A stretch of DNA of 60,317 nucleotides, the filler included, from Hausera hauseri (lineage: Eukaryota): the NCBI GenBank assembly GCA_046269625.1. It is 10 parts of 10 records of this genome, joined end to end, with 100 filler letters (N's around TTAATTAATTAA, not from the genome) between each part and the next. Parts side by side here need not be neighbours in the genome. Positions count along the whole stretch, not along the records: positions 23,602 to 28,711 come from JBJURY010331936.1; positions 28,812 to 33,125 come from JBJURY010640330.1; positions 33,226 to 40,119 come from JBJURY010054218.1; 7 more parts are not named here. One strand, given 5' to 3'. Under the pieces are notes generated by a model. That model was not told the origin of the DNA and ran no database searches. It was given only the letters and a program-made list of their open reading frames with translations. The translations under genes and the position numbers were made by a program. Of this stretch, positions 23,602 to 37,869 are shown piece after piece; position 1 is the stretch's first letter; the number at the start of each line of letters is the position of its first letter.

Positions 23602-26600
23602 GACGTTCACAGTCGCTAACGTCCAGACGGCAATTCTAGGATCCGACTTTCTATCACACTATAATTTATTGGTTGACTGAAGTCAGCGATGTTTGAGGAA
23701 CGGCACCACTGACGACATTTTTGGACATGTCAATAGCATTTCGACTACCGCGCGGTCGACCGGAACGCGGAGGCCAATCTTAAAAAATCAATGAATAATT
23801 CGAATTTCCATAATAATAACTAAATTCGTAAATTTTTAAATAATAATACTGATATTCGATTGAGTTTCGATGTCGATAATTGTGGTACTACCACCAACGT
23901 TAATTCATTCGACGAAATCACTTCATCCAACACCATTTTCAATTCGACTATCTTACACCAAATACCACTTTATTGCACATCACCAAACAACTCACAAATC
24001 GCATCCGATACTATTCAAGCCATTTCACCACTTCCACCAAATCTCTCACAGTTACCTACAACTTTACAGCAATTCGTCAACACATCATTTCCACGCGTAC
24101 TTAAAAAAGATCGTACGTTTACTCCCGCCAACAGTACTTTACACCATATAGTTACACAGCATCAACGACCAATATGCCAAAAGGTAATACCTCTGTCACC
24201 TCGTCGAAGACAGGCCGTAGAAGCCGAATTTCTCGAACTAGAACGTTCCGTCATAGTGCGCCGTTCCAAATTTCCTTGGTCATCACCGTTACACGTTGTA
24301 CAAAAAGGACGGTACTTTTAGACCATGCCGTGACTACCGACAGCTGAACAACTTGACTATCATGGATGTGTACCCTTTACCACTCATCAAGGATATCCTG
24401 CATCGTCTTAATTCAACCACCATCTATTCGCCCATTGATTTAGCTAAAGCATACCATCAAATACCGGTGGCACCCGAAGACATAAAAAACTGCTGTCACT
24501 ACTCCTTTTGGTCTCTACAAATACCCGTTTATGCCATTCGGTTTGCGGAATGCCGCACAAACTTTTCAGCGGCACATTGATTCAATTCTTTCAGATTTCC
24601 CATTTGCACACCTTTGTATCGATGATATTCTAGTCGTCGGCCAAACAACACGAAAAACACCTTTGCGCAATATTCCAATGTCTTAACCACCATAATCTCC
24701 AAGTCAATTTCGACAAATGCCATTACTTCAAAAAGCGCATTAACTTTTTAGGCCACGTTATTTCACCAGACGGTCATTCTCCCCAACCAGATCGAGTCGA
24801 AGCTCTTAAAAATATCCATTTGCCACGCACAAGCACTGAAATGCGCAGCTTCCTTGGTATACTATACTTTGTACATAAATATGTACCATATTGGTTCGAA
24901 TTGACAGCACTATTCGCACAACTAAGCGGCAGCAAAAACATCAGCCAATCCAGTGGACACCTGAATTGGTTGACGAATTTGATAAGCTACGCGAAGGAAT
25001 TAAGACTGTCGATATTCTGGCTTTCCCTAAGCTTGATGCAGAACTCATTCTTACTACAGACGCGTCAACCACTGCAGTAGGCGCCGTACTCCACCAAATC
25101 TACAAGGGAGAAAATCAACCAATAGAATTTGTCTCTCACAAGCTAACATGCCCTGAAACCAGATTTTCAACGTTCGATCGAGAACTATTGGCCATCGTTC
25201 TCGCTTTAAAGCATTTCTCCCACCTATTTGTCGCTTGTCATTTCACTATACACACCGATCACAAACCCTTACTTAACATCATTGCTATGAAATACCCTTC
25301 CACGCGCCAAAAACGACAAATATCATACTTATCGACATTTAACTTGTACATTGAACACATTAACGGGGTTAACAATTTGGTTGACGATTTTTTATCTATG
25401 TCGGTTAGTTCGATTAATTTTTCGTCGGTCTTTACGCAAGATCAACTTCAACAGAACCAGCCACCTCAGGACATGCCTCATTCTTTAAAATCTTGCACAA
25501 TCGTTGACGGCGTGGCTTTATACACTTCCAAACCAGGCCATTCCGTAGTAATTTTAGCACAATCATTGTAAAGGCAAGCATTTCACAGCGTGCATTCACT
25601 ACACTATCCTGGTGCTAAAGCTACATTTCGTTTACTTCATCGACAAGTAATATGGCCGTCAATGCGTTCTGATGTGCAGCCATGGGTGAAGGAGTGTGTG
25701 GCTTGCCAAAAATACAAAACAGCTAAGCATTTAAAGCCACCAATATTCCACTTTCCCTGCAAATCGCGTTTCGAATCCGTGAATATCGACATCGTTGACC
25801 CTCTTCCTCCAGACAACGGACATCAATTCATTCTCATCATGATGGACCGTTTTTCGCCATGGCCAGAAGCCATCCCTCTGCGAAGTACAAACACCGACAC
25901 CATAGCTGACGTTTTCATTCGCACATGGATTAGCAGGCTTGGATCACCTCGTTTCATCATCACGGACCAGGGTCCACAGTTTGAACTCAACCTGTTCAAA
26001 TCCCTTGTTAACCGATTGGGGATCTATCACACATACTACGCCTTATCACCCCCAATCGAATGGCCTTCTAGAACGTTTCCACCGAACATTGAAAACGTCA
26101 CTAAGAATTCTAGCAGAGACCAACACTAGTTGGACGAATCTTCTTCCGTTTGTTCTTCTCGGCTGGCGGAACACTCCGTCCACTTTTACAGGATGCTCAC
26201 CTACTGAAGCCTTATTCGGAGCTTCTGTCCGATCATTATTTGAACTGACCGCCCCGGACGACGTTCCCACAGATGAAGCAATACGGGCAGCCCAAAATCA
26301 CTTTGTTACGGTCATCAAAGACTCATTCTGCAGGATACTTCACAAAGATAAAACATACTTACCCGAAGATTTGTATTTGGCAAAATTCGTATGGCTAAAG
26401 AATCAGGCGCTTTGGGGTTTCCAGCCACGGTATTTGGGACCCTATGAACTGATACAGCTGCACTCACACAACGCCATTATCTCTAAAGATGGCAAAGAAC
26501 TTACAGTGCATATTACCAACTTAAAGCCCGCCCTTTTCGTCGACGACACTTTACCAACCGACACGTCAACCTCTTTTCTCACTCCCATACTCCCTGTTAT

Positions 26601-27300
26601 TCCCATATCTATTGCTACACCTGTTCCACCTTCCCTTCTGCTCCTAGTCCTGCTTCAATTTCTACACATTCTACTTCTATTCCTATCACTCTTCCTATCT
26701 CTACTACTCCCTCTGTTTCATATTCTTCTTTCACTCTTACGTCCAACTCAATTTCAATTTCTACTCCAACCCTTTTCTCTCTTCCTTTATCCACCACTAC
26801 ACATTTTATCACTCCTTCGTCTTTTAACATTCTTTTCAATGCCTTTAACCATTCGCCTTCAACAGTTTCTCTTCCGTCTTTGCCGTCTTCTTCTCTTTAT
26901 TCCGACTTATCTTCGCACGGCACAACACCTACACCACAATCTAACATTTTTCGCCAACCTCAATCTCTGCAAACAAATACACCGCATAAGGACACAACAC
27001 TCAGGGAAAATTCAGTTGAATGTACCCAACGTCTTATTCACACTAAACTCAGCTGGCACAGACACTTTTTCGTTTTGCGATTATTTATCTGTCTTTTATT
27101 CTTCATAGTTTTCACTTTGCCACGGGGGGAAGGGGTGATGCGTTGCCCTCTGAACCATTTGGTTGGGCACGGCCGGGCGTCCACTGCTGACGCGTCGGGC
27201 CCATAGGTGGGCCACGATATTCCTACTCTTCGCTGTAAAAACTCAATAGTATCAATACGCAGTTCTGCCTTTCGTTTACTAATGCTAATTTAATCTGTAC
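23602..27300 (+). mobile_element. pol: Decayed CsRn1/Kabuki-like Gypsy element: pol, Ser/Thr/Pro-rich tail, PPT (27124-27135) and 3' LTR start (27136)
   Basis: KKDGTFRPCRDYRQLN, LTTDAS, STFDRELLA, TDHKPL, HSLHYPG...CVACQ, TDQGPQF, YHPQSNGLLERFHR, YLGPY; GGGGGGAAGGGG followed by TG. Confidence 0.9.
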
Positions 27301-27867
27301 TTGAACCATAATGTACTAGTAAGTTACCTTGTTTTTTCTTCTTGCAATGTTCTGTTGGCGAATATGACAGCAATTTCAACAAAGTTTAATGATTTGTTTT
27401 GCATAAGGTCGGATTATAACAAATCTGCGCAATTCTACTTGACTTCAGCAAATTCAAACGCAACGAATATCACGATTCTCGAATCTGACTCATTGATGAA
27501 CAACTCTCGTGATGTCGATCCGGATATATTGCAGTCATCTCAAGGTTCACAATCACTCATTAAATTACAAATTACTCAAGTTAGTCTTGAGAATGGTGTG
27601 GATAAATTGTCGTTTCAATCTAATGTATCCCTAAAGCCAAATAATCTTCATTGTGAAGATAATTGTACAGAAACTGCTCGTCAACATTCTCTTCCAGCTT
27701 TAGCGTTAGATAAAATGAAATCGTTGTTGACACCAAAGGCTAGTGAATCCGATGCTATTACACCAGGAACGTTGGAAACTATTATGACTCGACGGAAAAA
27801 ATCAATAATCGGTCTATTTAATAATATCGGAACAAATCTGGGACATAATGAGTTTGAGCCAGATTGA
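27301..27867 (+). CDS. Uncharacterised Ser/Asn-rich ORF, possible host exon
   Basis: 188-codon open frame in AT-rich DNA; no motif recognised. Confidence 0.25.
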   Translation: MNHNVLVSYLVFSSCNVLLANMTAISTKFNDLFCIRSDYNKSAQFYLTSANSNATNITILESDSLMNNSRDVDPDILQSSQGSQSLIKLQITQVSLENGVDKLSFQSNVSLKPNNLHCEDNCTETARQHSLPALALDKMKSLLTPKASESDAITPGTLETIMTRRKKSIIGLFNNIGTNLGHNEFEPD

Positions 27868-28195
27868 ATAGGAAAATGACTTTGTTGTTTAAATGAGCAA
27901 GAAAATTTGTGTTAAAAGGGATATAGTTTTGAATTAAAAAAATGTAAATATGTGGACATGGTTTTTAATGGATCAGTTTCTGTTTCATGTTAGCCATTTT
28001 CTTTGACTTGAATTTAACATTTAATTTGGAAATTACATCTTAGTTCGAAATTTTGAATTTTTGAGATTTTGTTATTGTTGATTCGATTGGATTTAAATTT
28101 TGAATTTTGAATTCTAAATTTGTCCTGGACATATTGGTGTTGTTGTTGAATTCTTTAGATAATTCGAAGCAATTTTTAATTATATTGATTTGCAG

Positions 28196-28590
28196 AAATT
28201 TTGAGTGCATTCAATCCGTTCCATATTATGTGCGAAATTTATTCGAAGTCAAATTGCTCTGTAATAAAAGATTCGGATCGTTTATTCTGGTCTAAGATCC
28301 CGACTAATCAAATATGTTTATTAACGGGGTATGAAACCATGGGAGAATTTATGCTCCGGACAAGTTCATATACATGGAACCGGCACACTCAGCTATTCAC
28401 GAGATATCTTGTTGTTATTATGATGATTCAACGTATTGTTTGGATCCAGCGAACTTTTCGAATTGGCTTTATGGTCACAATTTGATGAAAGATATACTTT
28501 AGACTTAAGCTTCACAGATCCATCACCATTTGTTATCGTGAGTAAATGCACTGAGAAGTTGTTCGAATAATCGTCGATTTTTTTCATTTT
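28196..28590 (+). pseudogene. Possible degenerate SH2 (SOCS-like) exon
   Basis: TTGCAG acceptor, then FWSKI....LLTG...GEFMLRTSS resembling the SH2 W...I...A..LL.....G.FLVR.S start. Confidence 0.3.
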
Positions 28591-28884
28591 AGTAGGGGAA
28601 AAAGGGGGTTTCTGGACCAAAGGGGGGGAGAAACACAGGAAATAGAACCATTGCTGCCAAGCAATTAACGGTTTCCTGTCAAATCGACAACGCCGAGTTG
28701 AATGGTGCGGTNNNNNNNNNNNNNNNNNNNNNNNNNNNNNNNNNNNNNNNNNNNNTTAATTAATTAANNNNNNNNNNNNNNNNNNNNNNNNNNNNNNNNN
28801 NNNNNNNNNNNATCTGGCCAATTCGTAAACGAGTGAGCAGAACATCTCTATGACGACAGGTCATAGATGCCCAGATACCAATAA

Positions 28885-31800
28885 CAGGGTTCACAGTGAC
28901 CGAACAAAATTTGTAGCAGGAAATATCCAATTTTGTAGCAGGTAAAATTGACTTTTGTAGCAGATAATTTTAGTTTTGTAGCAGGTAAAACTGATTTTGT
29001 AGCAGATAATTTTAGTTTTGTAGCAGGTAAAATTATTTTTTGTAGCAAAATGTTTTATTTTCATTGAAAATAAAATAAAACATTTTGCTACAAAAAATAA
29101 TTTTGAAAATAATTGAAAATAAAATAACTTTTGTAGTAGAAAACTTTTTTTTCGAATGAAAGTACTGTATTATGAGAATTTGTAGAAATACAAATTCTCA
29201 AAAGTCACAACAAAAGTCAATTAAAAAATAAATGAAATTTTGAAATGAGTTAAAGAAAAACAAACGATTTTTTTTATTATTTCACTCAATCATTTAAATA
29301 CACAAAAATAAAGATAAACCAGTTCTGGGACCATTTATCAAATTTTAAAATGTTTCAAAAGTAAAATTATTTTAAGCAGTACATAACTTTGATAATTTCT
29401 GTCGGTTATCATTTTGGGCTTTTAAAATGTCACTAACACGAGATGTTGCTTCAGTAAGCAATATCTGCCCATTTTCTACTGTGGACATGTCTTTAGTTTT
29501 AATGCCGCAGGATATGGTTTGCTGAGCAGTGAAAAACATTTTTTGGGCTGCTTTTAATTTTTCATCCAATTCTCTTCCTTCTTTTCTTAACACTTCTTCT
29601 AAATCTATCTTACCATCATCATCTTCAATCTTCCTTTTTTTTCTTTGTTCTATTGCATTTATTCTGTCACATTTTCTCTTATAGGCATTTCGAACACATT
29701 TTAAAACATCTGCATTTATAACAAACTTTTCAACTTTGTTCGAATAGTCAAATTTTAGGTGAGATTTAATGGTACGAAGCGCATTAATACTTTCCAGACT
29801 TAAATTGCTTCTGTTACGCAAAGCATGCTTATTAATGCTGAAGCCTCACTCTAAATCAGCGTTGCCATGAGGCAGAGAAAGTAGAGCTTTTATAAGCTTT
29901 CCCAATTTGTTGTATTTCAAATTTTCTTTAGCATCTTAATTTTGATAACTTTAGCCCAATATTTATCAAGTGATGCAATGGTTATATGTGGCTGTGACTG
30001 AGTTTCTACCTCTTCATCAGACAACAAATCACAGTAATCAATCTTATTAATTTCTGCACTTGTAATATTTACAACAGAGTTTTCTTCTCCTTGCAAACAG
30101 ATGAATTCATCACAAACTGTTGATACCTCTTCAATGGCAATAATATTAGGAAGCTGGGATGCTAGGAATTTAAATGAATTCAAAGACTCTTCTTTTAAAC
30201 GGTTAGATAGATTTAGGCATTTTAAGTTTCTCAAGATCTTGTTTTCCAGAGGTAAAACTTTCAATAAGTATTTTACAGATGAAATATAAAAGGAACGTGC
30301 TCCCATGCGAACAAATTTTTTATCCTTTTCAATTAATGAATTGGTAGCATTTTCAGTATCAAACCCAATATCTACTTTGCTCCAATATTCACATTTTTCT
30401 ATGTCTAAAGACTTAAGCTGCTCTGCATTTTTGCTTCTGAAGCATTCTTCTTTAAGAAATCTCCCCATCAGTGTTTTAACCAGATTGATCATTTCGTCAT
30501 ACAGCACATGTATCATAGGTGTTTCAGCTTGGAATACTGTCAAGAAATTTGTAAAAAGCTTTGATACATTTTGTAGAAACAAAAGCTTGGCAAACAGCTT
30601 TTTATCATTAAATGCAAAGCTTATTTTACTTGAACACTGGCTATCACAATTTTAATTTGGTGTTCTTTTTAAAAAATTCTTGCAAAACAGAAACTGCTCC
30701 ACAACTCTAGCAACAGATGCTTGAGGCGTTAGCCAACGACTGTTAACATGTCTTAAAAGATCAACTCTGGTAAGCTTAATTTAACTTACATATCTTTTAA
30801 TTTTTCACTATGAGCAGAGGATCATTTGAAAAAAAAAAAAAAAATCAATCACTAGGTTCTCTATATCACTTCCGAAGGAATTCAACCCATCTGCAAAACT
30901 GTTATAGACTTTGTGTAATACACATTCTCCAATATCAATTAAGTCAGGATGTAAATACATAATTTTTCTTTTAAAAGCTTTCATTAACATTTGGACCACC
31001 CGAATATATATTTATAAGTTTATTTTCTGGTAAACATTGAATAGAGTCAGTGACACAACTTACTAGACAGTCATAAAATGACATCTTTGCATAATAATGC
31101 ATAAAAATTGTTAGATTTAAACTTATGAAACATACTACACTATCTATGGGAAATCAGCACAATTCTAAATCTAGAATTGTCTGCCTAGAAATGCAAATAT
31201 CAAAAGAAGAAATTTTTTACAGATAAGCCATTGGTTTTCAAAAACAATTTCTATGAAATAATTTTTATCATAGGAAAAATATGAGACTTTGTATTAACTC
31301 ATTACAAATACTATTCCATGAAAGTGAGTAGGAAATTCTTTACAATAGAAAACAGACAAATAATAATAAAAAAAATTAGTAGCCATAACACACATTGCAA
31401 AATTTGTCCTATCCCAAGATGTTGCTGATGTCCTGGTTTTCGGATTAGCGAAACATCACTCAAGTTTTATCTTCTGATGGGAAAAATGCTCTCCAAGTTC
31501 AATTTTACGTTTGGTGTAATATCCCTATAAATGCAACTTTCATATTAACAAAACCAGTCAACATTCGATATTCCGATAATATAATGTTGCCGAAGTCCGA
31601 TTTTTCTGATCGCATGCGCCAGTATATTCTCTGTCTAGCGGCTCTCCGATCTCCCGTCTTCTTTAACATCTTTAAAATTTTCTCAATAGCAAAATCCTTC
31701 AATATCCTATGTTCTTACTGCATCGGACCTTGACGAAATCCAACTTTCGAATATTCCCGAAGTAAAATTTTCATATCGGCAAAGCCCTGCTAAAGTTCCC

Positions 31801-32421
31801 CATTTGGTTTAACATTCCCAACTTAAAAATTTTCGCTTAATTTTCGAACAAAAACACCCCAATCACAGATTGGTATTTGTTGCGAATATCAAATTTTGTA
31901 ATTGTACTCTTTCTTGAAGTCAGATTTCTGCATCTCCAAAACGGAGTCGAAATTCGCTTTCGCAATTTGTACAGCTTTCAAAAAGGATAACTCTTGGGTC
32001 GGTAGAACGCTATTAGAGTTCTTAATGTTCTGAAATTAACCTTGAAATAGGTATTTCTTAAATATTTATTAAACGCGAAACGGGGATCGTCGAAATAAGT
32101 GTACAGAAAATGGATTCTTCGTCTATGCACGGCACTAAAAAATGCAATTGGCGATAAATCTCAATGCATTATAGATTTCTTCAAAAATCTTTAAAATGTG
32201 GCAGAAAATTATGAATAAACGGGAAAACGGAAGACTCCCGTTAAAGCGTATCTGCAGTGTTGCGAAGAAATCGGAAAAACGCAAATTCGCAACAAAATGG
32301 CGCAAAAATTTTGACTCGGCGCAGTTACGATTTCGGCAATTTGGCGCAGTGTACTCGAAATTGGCGCAGATTGGCGCAATTGTAGCAGCCTTTCCGAAAT
32401 GGCGCAGGTCTGTGAACCCTG
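28885..32421 (-). mobile_element. Decayed hAT-superfamily DNA transposon
   Basis: 12-bp TIR CAGGGTTCACAG at both ends; subterminal TTTGTAGCAG and GGCGCA repeats; transposase motifs CVLHKVYN (CxxH), LRHVNSRWL, LSLPHGNADLE.GFS. Confidence 0.85.
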
Positions 32422-34511
32422 CTTATGTAAAAGATTAAGAAAATTGAAATGAAAGGTTTTTATAAGTATGTTTTTGGTTGTAAATGTTCGAATTTCGTTT
32501 GAGTATATGGCGACATGCTGAATCATTTTCTAGGGCTGCAGGGGAAGATGTTAACAAAACATCTATATTTTTCCAGTCACATCAAAGACAAATTCCCCTG
32601 AAATGAAGAAATGGTCACAGTGATTGCTGGGTGGTTTTTCCACTGAGGAATATATAGCATCGCTATAAAAATGAAAAGGGATCATTTCTGTTTTTCCTAA
32701 TAGTTACCATACATCATTAGGCTTGCCACATGACGACAGATTAAATTAAGTTTATTTTAGATTAACAGTGCATAGGGCTAAACTAGTGTCAACTGAGTTT
32801 AGGTTTCTTTTATGTACCTGTGAGATCAGTGGTGCCTGCAGCTGTACAGATTTTCCTTTGAGATAAAAAATGTTAAAAAAATTACAAAAATGGTGGCCAA
32901 AAAAATAAATTGTCCTTTTGTCATAACATCCTGTACTTTCAACTGTGGGTGGGCGCATGCGTCTGAAACTACAGTGGATTAGTTTATTTTGTCGGCTGTA
33001 CTGGCACTTTTTTCTTAATGTGACTGTGTGCAGTGAGGCTGACTAAACATGAGTGAGCAGACTTCGATCTTGACGTAACGTTTACGAAAGAGTAGAAAAT
33101 AAAATGCCGTTGCTTTGCCTCATCCNNNNNNNNNNNNNNNNNNNNNNNNNNNNNNNNNNNNNNNNNNNNTTAATTAATTAANNNNNNNNNNNNNNNNNNN
33201 NNNNNNNNNNNNNNNNNNNNNNNNNCCGTTGAAAGCATGTATCTGTTCAGAGCCATTAAAGGCACAGAAAGCTGGACTTTGGATCCATCTGTGAAAATTT
33301 TGAGGCCTTGATTCACCCATATAGCACAGATCGTCACAAAGAGATCGTTGTGACGTGACAAACAGTCACTACGGTCACCCTTGAGCCGCAAACTAGTCAT
33401 CTGAATGACTAGAATGTAACGTCACCACACAAAGCCGTCCAAATGACTCTTCGATAATGACCAGTCGTTAGTGAGTCCGCAAATGACATCGTTTTTGGGT
33501 CAAACTTTCGACTATTATGTAACTTTCTTTTAAACCGTCACATTGACCGTCTTAGTGACTCTTTCTAGGTTTGGCTTGGTGGTTTTAAGGAACTTAGATT
33601 TTTTTTGGTAGTTTCGGAATTGGACTTTGAAATTATATGATTGACATTTTTTGGAACTTAGATTTTTTCTGGTGACGAGGTTGAATTTAGAGTTTTTAAT
33701 GGTTTGGAGTGCACTTTTTAGCAAAATTTGAATATTTTTCGATGTTGAGCATTTTTTATAACGTGGTTGCCGTGTTAATACGTTTATACATGAATGGTGA
33801 TTATTAAACAAGACAATTGATTTACTTTTTCATGCGTAGATGATTAGGGAATTGTAATGAAGACTTACGATTAATTTGTGTTTAATATTTTCATAATTTC
33901 CAATTGCATATTATTTTTCGAGTAATATTAACCTAACCATGAAACATTATTTAATGTTTATAATTATTTTAATCTTAATTCCCTAATTTTTAAACGCCCT
34001 TTTTTTTTTGCTTGATTTTAATATTATATAGAGAAATCCTACGACTTCTGACTTAATACGTAAGCTGACATAGAATTTCTGGCATTTCTTATGATTATTT
34101 AATAACCAGGAGCAGCTAAAATCAAAATTATTGAATTACTAAATTGCATCCTCTTAAAGCAGGACAGGATAAAATTTAAATCTAGCAGGGTTATTAGATA
34201 ACCCAGATTTTCCTGAGAGAGAAAAGACAAAAGTTACATGAATCGTCTGCATTGTAGGTCAAAAAATTCCTTAAAGAATTATTTACCTAAATTTATGATA
34301 TCATAAACTTTTCAAAACAACAAATGAATTTCTCTACATGACAAAGTTTAACAGTCAGATTTATTTTACGCATAAAAGAAGATGAGGGCATAAAATTTAA
34401 AAAGTAATCTGAAAGTCCCTGAAAGAAAAAAATTCTAATTAAAAAACTAACTAATTTGCAAAAGAAAAAAAAAAAGAATGAGAACAGAGAAAAAAAAAAA
34501 TCCTCGCTATT

Positions 34512-34585
34512 AACCCTCACGGGATTTGAACCTACGTTCTTCCGATCAGGAATCAAACACGCTCGCTGCAAACTTCCTTCTATAA
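34512..34585 (-). other. tRNA-derived (SINE-head/pseudo-tRNA) sequence
   Basis: GGTTCAAATCCC B-box/T-loop, anticodon-like arm TTTGA-TTCCTGA-TCGGA, followed by an oligo-T run; D-arm and acceptor stem degenerate. Confidence 0.4.
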
Positions 34586-37500
34586 ACTGCAAACTTACTA
34601 TAGAAAATATTTTTGTTGAATGACTAACAAACGGACATCGATGGATTTTTATATTGTACATAAAATTCATTATATAAGTGTGATGAGTTTTAGCCGTGAA
34701 AAGTAAATACAACATATTATTTTAAGTAAAATTTTTAAATGCGTTCTTCTGAAAAACCAATTTGTCAGTCTCCAGTTATTTTTGTGTCATTAACCAAACT
34801 AATTACCATAAAATAAATAAAATATGGGCCCTTTATCTCCACGGGGGCCTGGGCTGCAGCCCCAAAGTCTATAAATAGATCCAGACCTGTTTGTGGGTCA
34901 TTGTCTTGTTTCCGCGGAGCGGTACGAACGATATTAAACGATACGAACGATTATAGCCTAGTAGCTTTTCGGTTGGGGCGATAACTTCTCCTTTTTTGTA
35001 ACCCTGCTTTGAGCAGTGACGTTTGTATGACGTCACAGCATTCCGCCTCGCCAACTAAAGGCGATAATTCATGTTACATGGTAAAACGCAGCCAAACAAG
35101 GACTTAGCACAAAAAAGCCCTTGGATTCATTTAATTTGGCAGATGATTTTTCTTTTTTATTTAGTAAAGCACATATTTAAATATGATAAAAGTATATAAA
35201 GAGAAAAAAAGCGAAATGCAGTGTGACATTTTATTTTTCATTTTATACTTGAACCCTACAAACAGGAATTTTAGAATAAGTTTCAAGTTTCAAAAAGAAA
35301 ATTAATATTTTGAGTTATTTCTGACACAATTTCAGTCAACCTAAATATATTGACGGCACGTCATATTTCATATCGCTTTTTGGAACTGACATACATTTAT
35401 TTCTTAACAGTTATTTTCGTATTTAAATATACCGATATATAGAGGGGGAAAAAAAAACGAAATTCAGATTCAGTTCTCATATTAATCTAAAATTATCTCG
35501 AATTTTCTTAGGATATAATGACGATTCTTCTCGAAGCTCCATATATAAATACAGTCATGCGAACAAGAATTTTAGAAAAGAAAATTAATATTATTTGCGA
35601 CATCATTTGGCACTGGCATACATTTTAAAGGTTTAGTTTTTAAATATGATCATTTTCAGACAACATTAATGCATTGACGACACGTCATATTTCATATCGC
35701 ATTTTGAAATTGACATAGATTTATTTCTGCATAATTATTTTCAAGGTTAAAGCTAGTTAGTTTTAATTGAAAGCAGGACCTTATGTTTTAGTTCTGTGTC
35801 GGTTTTGAAGCACTGGAAGTAACAGTAGTCTGTTTTGCCTCCAAATACGTAGGATGTTGTAAAATCTTACGCTTCGGAATAATAAACTCGATAATTTATG
35901 AGGATTCTCCAGTGTTTGCCCGCTGGTCAGTCTCTCTCGGGAGAGCCTTCTGCACCTCCAAACTGCTGATTGCAGATCATCTACTTCTATCTCGAAATAA
36001 TAAACAAGCAGCTCATCTACTTCTATTTCGAAATAATAAACAAACAAACCTAAGTTTTGCTTGTTTCTTAGTTTGGTAAGAGATTATTTTATCAAACCTC
36101 AAATGGAGGTATTTCTAATGGACTCTGGATAATATTAACATATCACAATATGTATGCACGGTAAAATTCCTGTTTTTCGCCTAAAAAAATATTCACCAAT
36201 GGGAAAACTCATAAAATGGGAAATTTCTGAAAGCATTTGCATATTTTACTGACCTCTAAAAAAGTAAAAGGTGCATGGAAAAAAGCTTTCAAGTTTCGCA
36301 GTAATCCAAAATTCTGAACATTTGTATTCTATATTTGTTATGTGTTTACACGTGTTCGTTTGGATTATTTTCATTGACTAAATAGGCCACTTTTCTACAT
36401 GGTCACACTGGGCGTGGGTCCAAGAGCGGTGGAATTTGGGGAGGCGGAGTGCAAATTAAGTAAAAATATTTATGCAAAGATAAAAATTTAGTGGGGGCGC
36501 CTAATTACTCTGAATACAGGACAGCAGAAACTCTAAAAAGCGGCCCTATAAATAATTGATACAATTTTTCTAGTGTACAATAATACAACATTTTAAAATT
36601 ATTCATTCTTGCATTAAGAATATGTAAGTTTTATCCCTATAGTTCAGAATTTATTTGAAGGACTGCTTTTAGGCGTTTTACATCCTGAACCCAGAGTTAG
36701 TTGAATTTTTAAAAGAAGGCCTGTTTATTAGTATGAAATACCTCTTTCATTTACGGTTTGTACAAGAAAGTAAACACCTTTGCTTTTCTTCAAAAGCCGA
36801 ATAATTACTATTCTTAAGTGATTTTACGAAAACTAGTGAATTCATTTATTTTATTCATTTAATTTGTCTACTCATTTTATATTGATGTTTTTCAAATGGT
36901 ATTGGCTCTTAATCTTTAAAATTAAAAATTACTTTCGCCACTTTTGATGTTACGCTAAGTTTTAAATATTGTATATTTTTTTGTCCCGTTGCATATTTTG
37001 AAGTTTTAAATCCTTTAAGGATAGTCGATATATGTTTAACATGCATAAAATTTTCGTACAAAGATAAAATTTTGTATGCATGTTAATACTCTTAAAGAAT
37101 TTTAGGGTTGCACTGATCTCACAGGCACCAGGTTGTCTCTGATTAAGTACTAATTTTCGTGCAGAGACGACCCGATGACACTGACATCGGTGCAACTGCA
37201 CAAGGCCACGCGCTAATCGAACTTTGTCGCAGCAAAAGATGTTTCATAATTATGATAGTTACATAACAGACTTTTCAGAGTTCCTATTGTCTGATTGACT
37301 ATAAACCTGTTTTAAAAACTGGTATGTTGAATTGTAATCCTAAAATTTTCTATACATAAAAACAAACAAGTTGACTACAGTAGATGTTTTGGTGTATATC
37401 TCTATTCCTTTACACGCTGCAACGACATCTCGACACACCGTTGATTTTGAAAGACAAACTCATCGACTTTCGTAACTTAAGAAATCAACTGGTTTCATCC

Positions 37501-37869
37501 GAGCTCTAGAAAATTAGCTCTCCGTGCCAATAACGTGAGAAAAGAACACATCAAACTAACATGTTTCAAAGAAAAAAGTCCGAAACATGAGTTTATAGTC
37601 ATTGCCGCTGAACTGCTCCTTTCTAGTAAACAAATAAAGAAACGTAAGTTTATCATTTAAATTCATTGCTTAAAGGATTATTAATATCAACTTGAGAATA
37701 AATTCTGAAAATAAAAGTCCATTTTTTTTTTCCTTAATAAAGCAAGCATATAGATAAAAAGTAAAAAATATATGATGCTTAACATAGTAAAGACAGCAAA
37801 AAGCATGAAAGTATGTAAGCTTAAATATGAGAAAAAGTTATATATATAAGGTGTATATATATATATATA

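Noticed and set aside
26571-27108. Leu/Phe-rich C-terminus of ORF 25939-27108 as a transmembrane env-like domain
   Set aside because: It is a shifted-frame reading of C/T-rich low-complexity DNA; the sister copy (53428-53900) reads as a Ser/Pro/Thr-rich tail.
34512-34585. Functional tRNA-Arg gene
   Set aside because: Only the T-arm and a partial anticodon arm are plausible; the acceptor stem and D-arm/A-box are degenerate.
35340-36045. Local duplications (~325-bp period block; 36-bp tandem at ~35975-36045)
   Set aside because: Ordinary short duplications in old non-coding repeat DNA; no spacer structure or coding signal.
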